From: an uncultured Actinomycetes bacterium
GTDB taxonomy: Bacteria; Actinomycetota; Thermoleophilia; Gaiellales; Gaiellaceae
DNA: 64,000 nt
Direction of reading: 5' to 3'
NCBI GenBank assembly: GCA_963788215.1
Contig: CAWBFX010000008.1
Coordinates: 30,404 to 94,403 of the forward strand
Below, in pieces: positions 1-9,132 of the stretch. Positions within the stretch are counted from its first letter, which is position 1; each line of letters begins with the position of its first letter. A program made the position numbers and the translations under genes. Under the pieces are notes generated by a model. The model was not told the origin of the DNA. It did not search any database and worked only from the letters and a program-made list of their open reading frames with translations.

Positions 1-1037
1 CCGTGGGTCTTGAACTTCAGCCAGTCGCGTGAGCGCTTACCGGGCAGGTAGCGCGAGTCGACGCGCTTGCCCATGATCCCTTCGAGCCGCCGCTCCTCCG
101 CCGCGTCGAGCAGCGCGCGGCCGTCGTCGAACGACTCGGAGAAGCGAACGCAGCGGTTCCGGCCGTCGAGCAGCTTCTGCAGCCGCGCGCGCCGTTCGGT
201 GAGCGGAAGGTCGATCACCGGCTCGCCCTCGACCTCGAGCAGGTCGAAGACGTAGTAGACGATGGGCGTCTTCGGCCCGCCCTGCTGCATCGCCGAGAAG
301 CTCGGGCGGCCCTCCTCGTCGAGCGCGCAGACCTCGCCGTCGACGACCGCGTCCGGCGTCTTGAGCGCCTTGACGAGCTCCTTGGCGACGTTCGCGAACC
401 GCTCGGTGTAGTCCTGGTCCTTGCGCGAGAGCAGCCGCGCCTCGCCGCCCGCGACCAAGCCGAGGATCCGGTAACCGTCCCACTTGATCTCGAACTCGAA
501 GCCCTCGCTCGGGATGTGATTCGGGTCCTCGAGCGTCGCGAGCATCGGCCTGTAGACGCGGCGCGCAGCGGGCTTGGCGCCGTCGTCGCGTTTGCGGATG
601 ATCAGCCAGTTCTTCTCGTCGCCGGAGAGATGAGCCGGCACGAGCGCCCAGGTGCCCTCGAGCTTCTTGCCGTGCAGCCGGACGGTCATGCCGCCGTTGG
701 GCTTGTCCTCCAGGAGCTCGTAGGTGCCGTTGTCCCAGATCTCGACAGTGCCGGCGCCGTACTGGCCCTTCGGGATCTCGCCCTCGAAGGTCCCGTAGTC
801 CAGCGGATGATCCTCGACGTGGACCGCGAGGTGCTGCTGGCCAGGCTCGAGCGGAACGCCCTTCGGCACGGCCCAGCTCAGAAGAACGCCGTCCCGCTCC
901 AAACGGAAGTCGTAGTGCAGCCGCCGCGCGTCGTGTCGCTGCACGACGAAGGTCGGCTGCTTCGACTTCCGCTTGCCCTTGAAAGGCTCCGGGGTCTTCT
1001 TGGGGTCGCGTTTTCGCTCGTACTCGCGGAGGCTCAC
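1..1037 (-). CDS. ligD: ATP-dependent DNA ligase LigD, 3'-phosphoesterase domain followed by ligase domain (3' end runs off the window)
   Basis: Hand translation from GTG at 1037, which overlaps the Ku stop as GTGA: PTFVVQRHDARRLHYDFRLE...GEIPKGQYGAGTVEIWD (PE domain), then FEIKWDGYRIL (KxDG adenylation motif). Missing from the ORF track because it has no stop in the window. Confidence 0.85.
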   Translation of the reverse strand, partial: MSLREYERKRDPKKTPEPFKGKRKSKQPTFVVQRHDARRLHYDFRLERDGVLLSWAVPKGVPLEPGQQHLAVHVEDHPLDYGTFEGEIPKGQYGAGTVEIWDNGTYELLEDKPNGGMTVRLHGKKLEGTWALVPAHLSGDEKNWLIIRKRDDGAKPAARRVYRPMLATLEDPNHIPSEGFEFEIKWDGYRILGLVAGGEARLLSRKDQDYTERFANVAKELVKALKTPDAVVDGEVCALDEEGRPSFSAMQQGGPKTPIVYYVFDLLEVEGEPVIDLPLTERRARLQKLLDGRNRCVRFSESFDDGRALLDAAEERRLEGIMGKRVDSRYLPGKRSRDWLKFKTH

Positions 1038-1840
1038 GACGCCTTTTTAGCGCGTGAGCGCGAGCGACCCTGCTTCTGGGTGCGCTCCACGGACTCCCGC
1101 AGCGCGGCCATGAGGTCGACGACCTCGCCGTCTTCCTCGGCTTCCGGCTCCGGCAGCGGCTTGCCCTTCGCCTTCGCGCGGAGGAGGTCGAGCAGCTCCT
1201 TGCGATACGTGTCGTCGTATTTCTCAGGCTTGAACGGCTCGCTCAGGTTCTCGACCAGCGACTTCGCCATCTCGACCTCGGGCTTGCGCAGGTCAACCTT
1301 GCCGTTCACCTCCTCCGGCTTCCGCACCTCGTCGGCGTAGTACATCGTCTCGAGCACGAGCACGCCCTCGTACGGGCGCAGCGCAGCGAGGTGCTGCTTG
1401 TTGCGGATCACGACCTTGGCGATCCCGACCTTGTTCGTCTCTTCGAGCGCGCGCGTGAGCAGGCGGTACGGCTTCTCGCCACCTTCTTGCGGCAGCAGGT
1501 AGTAGGCCTTGCGGTAGTAGATCGGGTCGATCTCCTCGAGGTCGACGAAGTCGCAGATGTCGATCGTCTTGGTCAGCTCGATGTCGAGCCGGTCGAGGTC
1601 CTCGTCCTCGAGCGGCACGAACTGGCCCTTCTGGACCTCGAACCCGCGGACGACGTCCTCGTTGTCGACGTGCTCGCCGTTGTCGCGGCGGACCTTGTCG
1701 TAGCCGATGGGAGCCAGGTCGCGCTTGTCGAGGAAGTGGAACTTCAGCTCCTTCGACTCCGTCGCGCCGACCATCCGCACGGGGACGCTGACGAGTCCGA
1801 ACGAGATCGTGCCGGTCCAGAGAGAGCGGGCCATATGCAC
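1034..1840 (-). CDS. ku: Ku DNA end-binding protein (NHEJ)
   Basis: 268-aa ORF with ARSLWTGTISFGLVSVPVRM, ICDFVDLEEIDPIYYRKAYYLLP and a basic C-terminal tail, all typical of bacterial Ku. The start may be ATG at 1834. Confidence 0.9.
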   Translation of the reverse strand: MHMARSLWTGTISFGLVSVPVRMVGATESKELKFHFLDKRDLAPIGYDKVRRDNGEHVDNEDVVRGFEVQKGQFVPLEDEDLDRLDIELTKTIDICDFVDLEEIDPIYYRKAYYLLPQEGGEKPYRLLTRALEETNKVGIAKVVIRNKQHLAALRPYEGVLVLETMYYADEVRKPEEVNGKVDLRKPEVEMAKSLVENLSEPFKPEKYDDTYRKELLDLLRAKAKGKPLPEPEAEEDGEVVDLMAALRESVERTQKQGRSRSRAKKAS

Positions 1841-1930
1841 GTGTTTACCGTTCGCAGGGCTGTGGTAACCCCAACTCGTAAGCAGTACGCATCTGCCTTA
1901 CAAAGCTTCTCCACCCAACGGGGGGTAACG

Positions 1931-1959
1931 GTCGAGGCCGGCTCTAAGCCGGCCTCGAC
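1931..1959. terminator. Perfect 12-bp GC hairpin (GTCGAGGCCGGC-tctaa-GCCGGCCTCGAC) in the accA/Ku intergenic region
   Basis: Inverted repeat read directly. It lies downstream of accA on the minus strand and has no clear U-tract. Confidence 0.4.
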
Positions 1960-2020
1960 ATGTGTACGGGCAGGGGATAAGACTGTGGAAGATGTGGAAA
2001 GAAGCCGCTAGAACGGCTTT

Positions 2021-2965
2021 TCAGGCGGTTGTAGACACCTGGCCAATTGTGCGGAAACGCACACGTCTCTGCCGGCGCAGCTCGTCCCCTGAGACTCCGT
2101 CGAACAGCTCCAGGGACTCGGCGAGAGCGTCGCCGAGCAGCCGCGCAGCCTCGTCGGGATCGCTGTGCGCGCCACCCTCCGGCTCCGGCACGACCGCGTC
2201 GATCACGCCGAGCTCGAGGCAGTGCATAGCGTCCGGCTTGAACGCCGCGGCCGCCTTCTTCGCCTCGCCCGCGTCGCGCCAGAGGATCGCTGCGCAGCCC
2301 TCGGGCGAGATCACGGTGTAGATCGCGTTCTCCTGCATCAGCACCCGGTCGGCAAGCGCCGTCGCGATCGCGCCGCCCGAGCCGCCCTCGCCGATGATGC
2401 AGGCGACCGTGGGCACCCGCAGCCGGGCCATCAGCGCCTGCGACCGGGCGATCGCCCCGCCCTGGCCGTGCTGTTCCGCGGTCACCCCGGGGTAGGCGCC
2501 GGGGATGTCGACCAGCGAGATCACCGGAAAGCCGTGCCGGTCGGCGAGCTCCATCGCCCGCATCGCCTTGCCGTAGCCCTCGGGATAGGCCATCCCGAAG
2601 TTGCGGCGCGTGCGCTCCTTGACGTCGCGGCCCTTCTGGTTGCCGAGCAGGACGATCGTCCGCCCGCGGAAGCGCCCCAGGCCGACCACGAGCGCGGCGT
2701 CGTCGCCGTGCGCGCGATCGCCGTGCAGCTCGAACCAGTCGTCGAAAAGCCGTTCCACGTAGTCGAGCGTGTACGGCCGGTCCGCGTTCCGTGCGAGCTC
2801 GACCGAGCGCCAGATCTCCTCGTCGCTCGGCTCCGCGACGATCTTCTCGAGCTGCCTCTGCAGGCGCTCGAGCTCGCCCTCGAGCCGCGCGCCGCGAAGG
2901 AGCGGGAGGCTGCGCAGGCGGCTCAGCTGCCCGCGGAGACGGAGCTCGGCCTCACGCGGCGGCAT
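2021..2965 (-). CDS. accA: Acetyl-CoA carboxylase carboxyltransferase alpha subunit
   Basis: Inner ATG (MPPREAEL) of the 378-aa ORF. Motifs: GRFRGRTIVLLGNQKG, MAYPEGYGKA, IIGEGGSGGA. The start overlaps the accD stop by 14 nt. Confidence 0.9.
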   Translation of the reverse strand: MPPREAELRLRGQLSRLRSLPLLRGARLEGELERLQRQLEKIVAEPSDEEIWRSVELARNADRPYTLDYVERLFDDWFELHGDRAHGDDAALVVGLGRFRGRTIVLLGNQKGRDVKERTRRNFGMAYPEGYGKAMRAMELADRHGFPVISLVDIPGAYPGVTAEQHGQGGAIARSQALMARLRVPTVACIIGEGGSGGAIATALADRVLMQENAIYTVISPEGCAAILWRDAGEAKKAAAAFKPDAMHCLELGVIDAVVPEPEGGAHSDPDEAARLLGDALAESLELFDGVSGDELRRQRRVRFRTIGQVSTTA

Positions 2966-3800
2966 TGGAGAAGAGCCGCAGGAGACGGGCCACCGTCGCG
3001 CGCAACTCGGGTCGGGGAACGATCTGGTCGACGTGGCCGTAGCGGTAGTTGGACTCGGCGCGCCCGAAATCTTCGGGCAACTTCTCGCGCGTCGTCTGCT
3101 GGACCACGCGCGGGCCGGTGAACGAGAGCAACGCGCCCGGCTCGGCGAGGATGACATCGCCGAGACTCGCGAAGCTCGCGAGTACCCCGGCCGTGGTCGG
3201 GTGGGCCATCACGGAGATCATCGTCCCGCCGGAGTCATGCAGATCCTCGACGGCGCAGACCGTCTTCGGCAGCTGCATCAGCGAGAGGATCCCCTCCTGC
3301 ATGCGCGCGCCGCCCGAGGCGGTCACCGACACGAGCGGGACGCTGCGCTCGGCTGCGCTCTCGCAGGCACGCGCGAACTTCTCGCCGACGATCCGGCCCA
3401 TCGAGCCACCCATGAAGCCGAACTCCATCACCGCGAGCTCGCACGGCAGGTCCTCCACGGCGGCGCGGCCGATCACCATCGCCTCGCCGAGCCCGGTCGT
3501 CAGCTCCGCCTCGGCGAGCCGCTCCGTGTAGGGCCGCAGGTCGAAGAACCCGAGCGGGTCGTCGGAGCGAAGCTCCGAGGCCTCCTCCGAGAAGCTGTCC
3601 TCGTCGGCGAGCTGGCGGATGCGCTCACGCGCGTGCACCGGGAAGTGATGGCCGCACTGCGGGCAGACGCGGAGCGCCGCGTCCAGCTCATCGTCGCGGT
3701 AATGCGACCCGCAGCCGGGGCACGTGTTCGGGTGCGGCCGCGCTCCGTCCTCCGGCGGCGCGTGCCTGTGCTCGATGGAGACGTCGATCCGTTCGGACAC
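2952..3800 (-). CDS. accD: Acetyl-CoA carboxylase carboxyltransferase beta subunit
   Basis: C-terminal 283 aa of the 562-aa ORF, from in-frame GTG at 3800. Zn-ribbon CPGCG...CPQCGHH, then MEFGFMGGSMG and SGGARMQEG. Confidence 0.85.
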   Translation of the reverse strand: MSERIDVSIEHRHAPPEDGARPHPNTCPGCGSHYRDDELDAALRVCPQCGHHFPVHARERIRQLADEDSFSEEASELRSDDPLGFFDLRPYTERLAEAELTTGLGEAMVIGRAAVEDLPCELAVMEFGFMGGSMGRIVGEKFARACESAAERSVPLVSVTASGGARMQEGILSLMQLPKTVCAVEDLHDSGGTMISVMAHPTTAGVLASFASLGDVILAEPGALLSFTGPRVVQQTTREKLPEDFGRAESNYRYGHVDQIVPRPELRATVARLLRLFSNAAA

Positions 3801-3811
3801 GACAGCCGAGT

Positions 3812-4588
3812 TTAGAGCGATAAGGCCGAGCTGAGTCGCGAGAGAGGCTCGAGGTTGGCGGGATCCGGGAGCAGGGCGGTGAAACCGGCGCCGAGGACCG
3901 GCGCTTGACCGGCCACACGGCGAAGCAGCGACTCCGCCTCGTCGAGCGTGAGCCCTCCCGGCTCGGGCATGAACGCGCTGATCTCGCTCGGCTCGAGCGA
4001 GTCGGCATCGAAGGCGACGTAGACGCCGTCCGTGCCGGCGAGCACGTCGTCGAGCTCGTTTGGGTCGGTGCGGAGGCCGATCTCCGCGATGTGCTCGACC
4101 TCGGGCGGGTCGAGGCTCCGCGCGCCGACGAGGATCGCGTCTTCGGCAGCCACCGCGCCGGAGTCGAGGATCATCCGTAGCGGCATGCCCCAGAGGTTTC
4201 CGGTGGGGGAGCTCTCCGGCGTGTTCAGGTCGCCGTGGGCGTCTACCCAGACGAGCGCCAGGCGCTCGTGGCGGGCCGCGAGGCCCTCGACCGCGCCGAC
4301 GTGCGTGCAGCAACAGCCGCCGAGGACGAGCGGGCGCTCGGGCAGCTCCGCGGCGAGCGCGAGCGTCTGATCGCCGAGCGTGTCCTCCTCGACGACCGCC
4401 GCCTCCGGGTACGGGAGCGGCAACGCAGCGGCTTCCGCGATCGCCTCGCCACCCGCGCCCCAGGCACGCGGCACGCGGACAAGGCCTGCGGCGAACTCGC
4501 GCCCGCACGCGTGGCACTCGTACCCGGGCCCGAGGGCGACCGCCGTGAAGGTCCCGCAGTCCGGGCATTTCGCGCGCAGCCGGCTCAC
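3812..4588 (-). CDS. Arginase/agmatinase/formiminoglutamase-fold (ureohydrolase) protein with an N-terminal zinc ribbon
   Basis: GTG at 4588 overlaps the upstream stop as GTGA. CPDCG..17..CHACG, then VDAHGDLNTP, AFDADSLEP and EPGGLT ureohydrolase motifs. The first metal motif reads GGCCCTH instead of GGDHS. Confidence 0.7.
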   Translation of the reverse strand: MSRLRAKCPDCGTFTAVALGPGYECHACGREFAAGLVRVPRAWGAGGEAIAEAAALPLPYPEAAVVEEDTLGDQTLALAAELPERPLVLGGCCCTHVGAVEGLAARHERLALVWVDAHGDLNTPESSPTGNLWGMPLRMILDSGAVAAEDAILVGARSLDPPEVEHIAEIGLRTDPNELDDVLAGTDGVYVAFDADSLEPSEISAFMPEPGGLTLDEAESLLRRVAGQAPVLGAGFTALLPDPANLEPLSRLSSALSL

Positions 4589-5497
4589 GAGAGGTCTCTC
4601 GACCAGCGCGCGGTGCGGTGCAGAACGTGCATCCCGGCATCCTCGTAGAGACGGACGGCGCCGGTGAGGTTCTCGGCGTCCACGTTCAGGCGCGCCTGCT
4701 CGCAACCGCGGCGCCGCAGCTCGCGAAACGAGTGCAAGAGGAGCGCTTTCGCGAGGCCGCGACGGCGCCACGGTCGCCGCACGCCGAGCACGTGGACGTG
4801 GCCGACGGGCTTGTCGCGCTTCGAACAGAGCGAGAACGCAGCCAGATCGTCACCGTCCTCGACGAGGAACCAGAGCTCTGGATCGAAGTCCGAGCTTCCG
4901 AGGAAGTACTCGCGCCACTCCTCGAAGGTCACGTCCAGCGGATCCCAGTGGTCCTCGAACGCCTCGAGGTCGGCGTCGTAGACGGCGCGCGCATCTTCCG
5001 TGGTGAAGGTCCTCGGGCCGAAGCCGGCCGGCCAGACCGGCTCGGGAGGCTCGGCGGCGAGGTCGATCTCCATCTCGAAGAAGTAACGAACGAGCTCGTA
5101 GCCGCGGGTTCGAAGCTCCTCGGCCAGCGGCCCATCACCGTCGTCCGCCGGCACATGGGCGTTGACGGCTGCGCCGCCCGACTTCTCGACCACGCGCTTC
5201 TCGGCCCAGTCGAGCAGGCGGGCGTACGAACGGGCCGTCGCGCGGAAGCGTCCGGACGCCGATGAACGCGCGATCGGTCTGAGCCTCGGGCGACCACACG
5301 GAGGCCCAGCCGGTCACGCTGCCGTCCTCGAGCTCGATGCGGTAGTTCTCGCCGACGTTGTCCCCCGGGCGCGTGAGGTCGTCGCGGAGCTTGCCCTCGG
5401 TGGGCACGTGAGCGCCGTACCGGTCCCGCAGCTCTGCGAAGAACGCAGCGAGCGCCGGGAGATCGTCGAGGGTCGGCGCGCGAAACTCGGTGCTCAC
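4585..5497 (-). pseudogene. Two-domain GNAT acetyltransferase (MshD-like), reading frame broken near 5240
   Basis: N-domain in the frame of ORF 5135..5863 from GTG 5497 (VSTEFRAPTLDDL...FIGVRTLPR). The rest is in the frame of ORF 4585..5193, which stays open upstream (ATARSYARLLDWAEKRVVEKSGG...). Both halves align colinearly with the intact paralog 5494..6381. Confidence 0.55.
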
Positions 5498-6381
5498 AGC
5501 GTTTGCTCGTAGATGTCGCTCCGGCGAGCGACATGCATCCCGACGCTCTCGTACAGCCGGACCGCGCCGGTCGTGTTCTCGCCGTCCACGCCGAGGCCCA
5601 CCCGGGTCGCACCGCGCCCGCGAAAGTCGCGGAAGGAGTGGCGAAGGAGCGCTGTGGCGAGCCCGCGGCGGCGCCAGGGCTTCCGGACGCCGAGGATCCC
5701 GACCCAGCCGAATTGCGGGTCGCCGGACGAATGCCAGGAGTTGACTGCGAACGCGGCGAGCTCGTCTCCGTCGTCGACGAGCCACCAGAGCGACGGCTCG
5801 TAGCTGTGATCGTTGACCGCGAAGGCCAGCCACTCGTCGAACGGGATCCGGTGGTAGTCCCAATGGTCGGCGAAGGCTTCCTGGTTCGCCTCGTAGACGC
5901 GTTCATGCTCGTCCTCGCGGGGGTTGCGCGGGGTCAGGCCTTCAGGCCAGACGGGCTCCGGCACCTGGTCGTCGAGGTCGATCCGCATCTGGAACGAGTA
6001 CCGGATCGGCTTCCAGCCGCTCTGCTCGAGAACGTCGCGAAGAATCGGCTCGTCGCCCTGGACGAAACCGCGCACGGCCTCGGCCCCCTGCTCGCGCGCG
6101 AGCCGCTCGGCCTCCTGGAGCAGCACGTGCGCGGCGCCGGCGTCGAGCGTCCGGATATCCACCGGGAAGCGGCCGCTGTCATCCGCGTAGATGTCGAGGT
6201 AGCCGACTGGGACGCCGTCACGGACGGCGAGGCGGATCGAAAGCTTCGGGCGCGTGAACCAGCTGCGCACCTCGTCTTCGCTCAGCTCCGGCTCGCCGAA
6301 TGCCGCATGGGCGTGCTCCTCGAGCAGAGCCCGGACCTCCGGCGCCTCGCCAATCGCCGGCGTGCGGACCTCGATCGTCAC
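5494..6381 (-). CDS. Two-domain GNAT family N-acetyltransferase (mycothiol synthase MshD-like architecture)
   Basis: 295-aa ORF. The C-domain has VGILGVRKPWRRRGLATALL (acetyl-CoA Q/RxxGxG/A-like loop). Paralogous to the downstream gene. Confidence 0.75.
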   Translation of the reverse strand: MTIEVRTPAIGEAPEVRALLEEHAHAAFGEPELSEDEVRSWFTRPKLSIRLAVRDGVPVGYLDIYADDSGRFPVDIRTLDAGAAHVLLQEAERLAREQGAEAVRGFVQGDEPILRDVLEQSGWKPIRYSFQMRIDLDDQVPEPVWPEGLTPRNPREDEHERVYEANQEAFADHWDYHRIPFDEWLAFAVNDHSYEPSLWWLVDDGDELAAFAVNSWHSSGDPQFGWVGILGVRKPWRRRGLATALLRHSFRDFRGRGATRVGLGVDGENTTGAVRLYESVGMHVARRSDIYEQTL

Positions 6382-7013
6382 GCGAGCTCGTCCAGGGTGT
6401 CGGCGAGCCGGGAGAGGTCCGGCAGCTCGCGCGTCGGCTGCGGGCCCTGTGCCTCGCCGAGCCTGTTGATCCAGATCGACGGCAGGCCGAGCTCGTTCGC
6501 CGGCGCGACGTCGTGGAAGAGGCTGGCGGCGACATGGACGTCCGGTGGACGGCCGACCCGCTCCTCGAACGCGCGCCAGTGGCCGAGCGCAGGCTTGTAC
6601 GAGCCGATCTCGGACGCAACGATCGCCTCCTCGAACGGGACGCCGATCCGGTCCATCGACGCCTCGATGTAGTCGCGGTCGGTGTTCGACAGGATCGCGA
6701 GCTTCCAGCCACGCTCACGCGCCTCGCGCAGCGCCTGCGGCACCTCCGGGAACGGCCGCCAGCCGGTCAGCGAGTCGGCCAGGGCGACCTCGCTGTCGCG
6801 CGGCGCGCCGAGCCGGCGCATCGCCTCGGTCAAGACTTCGCGGTAGGGACGTGCCCCGTCTGCCTCGAGCTCGGGCTCGATGACGTGGTACCGCTCGAGC
6901 AAGCCGTCGGCGCGCTCCTCGCCGAAGACGCGCGCAAGCTCACGGCGGATCCCGCCGTTCCAGTCGATCAGCGTGCCGTAGCAATCGAAGGTCGCCCACC
7001 GGTCCTGAGCCAC
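6378..7013 (-). CDS. HAD-superfamily hydrolase (haloacid dehalogenase type II-like)
   Basis: FDCYGTLIDW (DxYGTLxD motif I), ILSNTD (motif II), SYKP and HDVAPA motifs. Confidence 0.75.
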   Translation of the reverse strand: MAQDRWATFDCYGTLIDWNGGIRRELARVFGEERADGLLERYHVIEPELEADGARPYREVLTEAMRRLGAPRDSEVALADSLTGWRPFPEVPQALREARERGWKLAILSNTDRDYIEASMDRIGVPFEEAIVASEIGSYKPALGHWRAFEERVGRPPDVHVAASLFHDVAPANELGLPSIWINRLGEAQGPQPTRELPDLSRLADTLDELA

Positions 7014-7075
7014 GGCGCCGAGCCTAGCCGAGACACCCCCAGCGGTTGAGCCGCGGCTTCAGCAACGATTCGTAC

Positions 7076-7873
7076 ATGCGAAAGCGCCTCGCCCTCGTCG
7101 CGGCAGTTCTGACCGCGGCGGCCTCAGCGTCTGGCTGCGGCTCGGACTCGGAGCCGCCGACGCCGCTGAAGGTCACCGACGTCTCCCTGCAGAGCAAGCT
7201 GATGGGCCGCCAGATGCTCGACCTGCTCGTCACGCCGCCAGGCGGCGGAAAAGGGCGACCCCTGCTCATCTTCCTCCACGGCTACGGCGCGACGCCGAGG
7301 GAGACGCTCAGCCCGGCCTTCGTCGACGCCATCCGCAAGCTCGGAAAGCGGGCGCCGAACGTCTTCCTGCCCGAAGGCGACACGGGCTGGTGGCACGACC
7401 AGCGCTTGGGGCTGTGGGGCTCGTACGTCCTTCACGAGGTGATCCCGGCCGCGCTCGCGCGCACCGGCGCCGACCCGGATCGCGTCGCCATCGGCGGGAT
7501 CTCGATGGGCGGCTTCGGTGCGCTCGACCTCGGCCGCCAGGAGCCGAAGCGCTTCTGCGCCGTCGGCGGCCACTCGCCCGCGATCTTCGCCCGCGGCTCA
7601 CACGAAATCGAGTTCGGCTTCGACGACGCGGCCGATTTCGCCAAGCACGACCTCCTGCGAATCGCCCGCGACCACTCGCCGTACCGAGGCCCGGTCTGGA
7701 TCGACATCGGCGAACAGGACGAGCTCCGGCCCGGCGCCTCCCGACTCGCGCAGGAACTGAAGGCCGACGGGACGAACATCAGCTTCCACATGTGGCCCGG
7801 AGCGCACACGGGCGAGTACTGGGAGGCGCACATCGCCCAGTACCTGCGCTTCTACGTCGACGCCTGCACCTAG
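7076..7873 (+). CDS. Secreted alpha/beta-hydrolase (esterase family) lipoprotein
   Basis: MRKRLALVAAVLTAAASASGC signal peptide with lipobox. IGGISMGGFGA nucleophile elbow (GxSxG). Inner ATG of ORF 7046..7873. Confidence 0.7.
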   Translation: MRKRLALVAAVLTAAASASGCGSDSEPPTPLKVTDVSLQSKLMGRQMLDLLVTPPGGGKGRPLLIFLHGYGATPRETLSPAFVDAIRKLGKRAPNVFLPEGDTGWWHDQRLGLWGSYVLHEVIPAALARTGADPDRVAIGGISMGGFGALDLGRQEPKRFCAVGGHSPAIFARGSHEIEFGFDDAADFAKHDLLRIARDHSPYRGPVWIDIGEQDELRPGASRLAQELKADGTNISFHMWPGAHTGEYWEAHIAQYLRFYVDACT

Positions 7874-9132
7874 TCCTCGAAGCGGCGAACCACGATGCAC
7901 GCGTTGTGGCCGCCGAAGCCGAACGAGTTCGAGACGGCGACCCTCACGTCGGCCTCGCGCGCCTCGTTCGGGATGTAGTCGAGGTCGCACTCGGGGTCCG
8001 GCTCGTCGTAGTTGATCGTCGGCGGCAGCATGCCCCGGTCGACGGCCAGGGTCGTGAACATCGCCTCGACCGCACCCGCGGCGCCGAGGCAGTGGCCGGT
8101 CGCGCCCTTCGTCGAGGAGACCGGCGTCTTGAGCGCGTTCTCCTCGCCGAGCGCGAGCTTCAGGACACGCGTCTCGGAGGCGTCGCCGAGGGGCGTCGAC
8201 GTTCCGTGCGCGTTGATGTAGTCGATCTCGTCGGGAGAGATGCCCGCGTCGCCGAACGCCATCTGCATCGCCCGCGCCGGGTTCACGCCGGTCGGGTCGG
8301 GCTCCGTGATGTGGCGCGCGTCCGAGGAGACGCCGTAGCCGAGCAGCTCTGCGTAGATCTTCGCGCCGCGCGCCTGAGCGTGCTCGAGCGCCTCGAGGAC
8401 GACGACCGCACCGGCCTCGCCCATCACGAACCCGTCGCGACCCGCGTCGAACGGACGGCTCGCCTTCTCCGGCTCGTCGTTGCGGCGAGAGAGCGCGCGC
8501 ATCGCGGTGAAGCCCGCGATCCCGACCTCGGTCACCGGCGCCTCGGTCCCGCCGCAGAGCATCACGTCGGCCCGGCCGAGCCGGATCGCGTCTGCGCCCT
8601 CGCCGATCGCCATGTTCGACGCCGCGCAGGCGGTGCACTGCGAGCTCAGCGGACCCTGCGTCCCGAGCTGCATCGAGACCCAGGCCGCGCCCATGTTCGG
8701 GATGATCTCCGGGATCGAGAACGGGTTCACGCGGTCCGGCCCGCGTTCGAGGAGCTCGGCATGGCAGTCCTGGAAGGCCTTCAGCCCGCCGATGCCGGTC
8801 GCGATCGCCGCGCCGACCCGGTCCGGCTCCTTGGAGATCTCGAGGCCGGCGTCCTGCTCGGCCATGCGGGCGGCGCCGACGATCAGGTGCGCGAAGCGGT
8901 CCATGCGCCGCGTCTGCTTGCGCTCGATGAAGTCCGTCGCGTCGAAGTCCTTCACCTCGCAGGCGAAGTGGACGTAGAAGTCGCTCGAGTCGAACTGCGT
9001 GATCGGGCCGGCGCCCGACTTGCCGGCGATCAGGCTCTCCCAGCTCGTCTCGGCGTCGTTGCCCAACGGGGTCAGGGCACCGAGGCCGGTGATCACGACC
9101 CTGCGTCTGCCGTTGAGAGAAGCCCCGTTCAC
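7870..9132 (-). CDS. fabF: Beta-ketoacyl-ACP synthase II
   Basis: 420 aa. RVVITGLGALTPLG, active-site CTACAASN, HGTSTPLGD, SFGFGGHNA. Confidence 0.92.
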   Translation of the reverse strand: MNGASLNGRRRVVITGLGALTPLGNDAETSWESLIAGKSGAGPITQFDSSDFYVHFACEVKDFDATDFIERKQTRRMDRFAHLIVGAARMAEQDAGLEISKEPDRVGAAIATGIGGLKAFQDCHAELLERGPDRVNPFSIPEIIPNMGAAWVSMQLGTQGPLSSQCTACAASNMAIGEGADAIRLGRADVMLCGGTEAPVTEVGIAGFTAMRALSRRNDEPEKASRPFDAGRDGFVMGEAGAVVVLEALEHAQARGAKIYAELLGYGVSSDARHITEPDPTGVNPARAMQMAFGDAGISPDEIDYINAHGTSTPLGDASETRVLKLALGEENALKTPVSSTKGATGHCLGAAGAVEAMFTTLAVDRGMLPPTINYDEPDPECDLDYIPNEAREADVRVAVSNSFGFGGHNACIVVRRFED

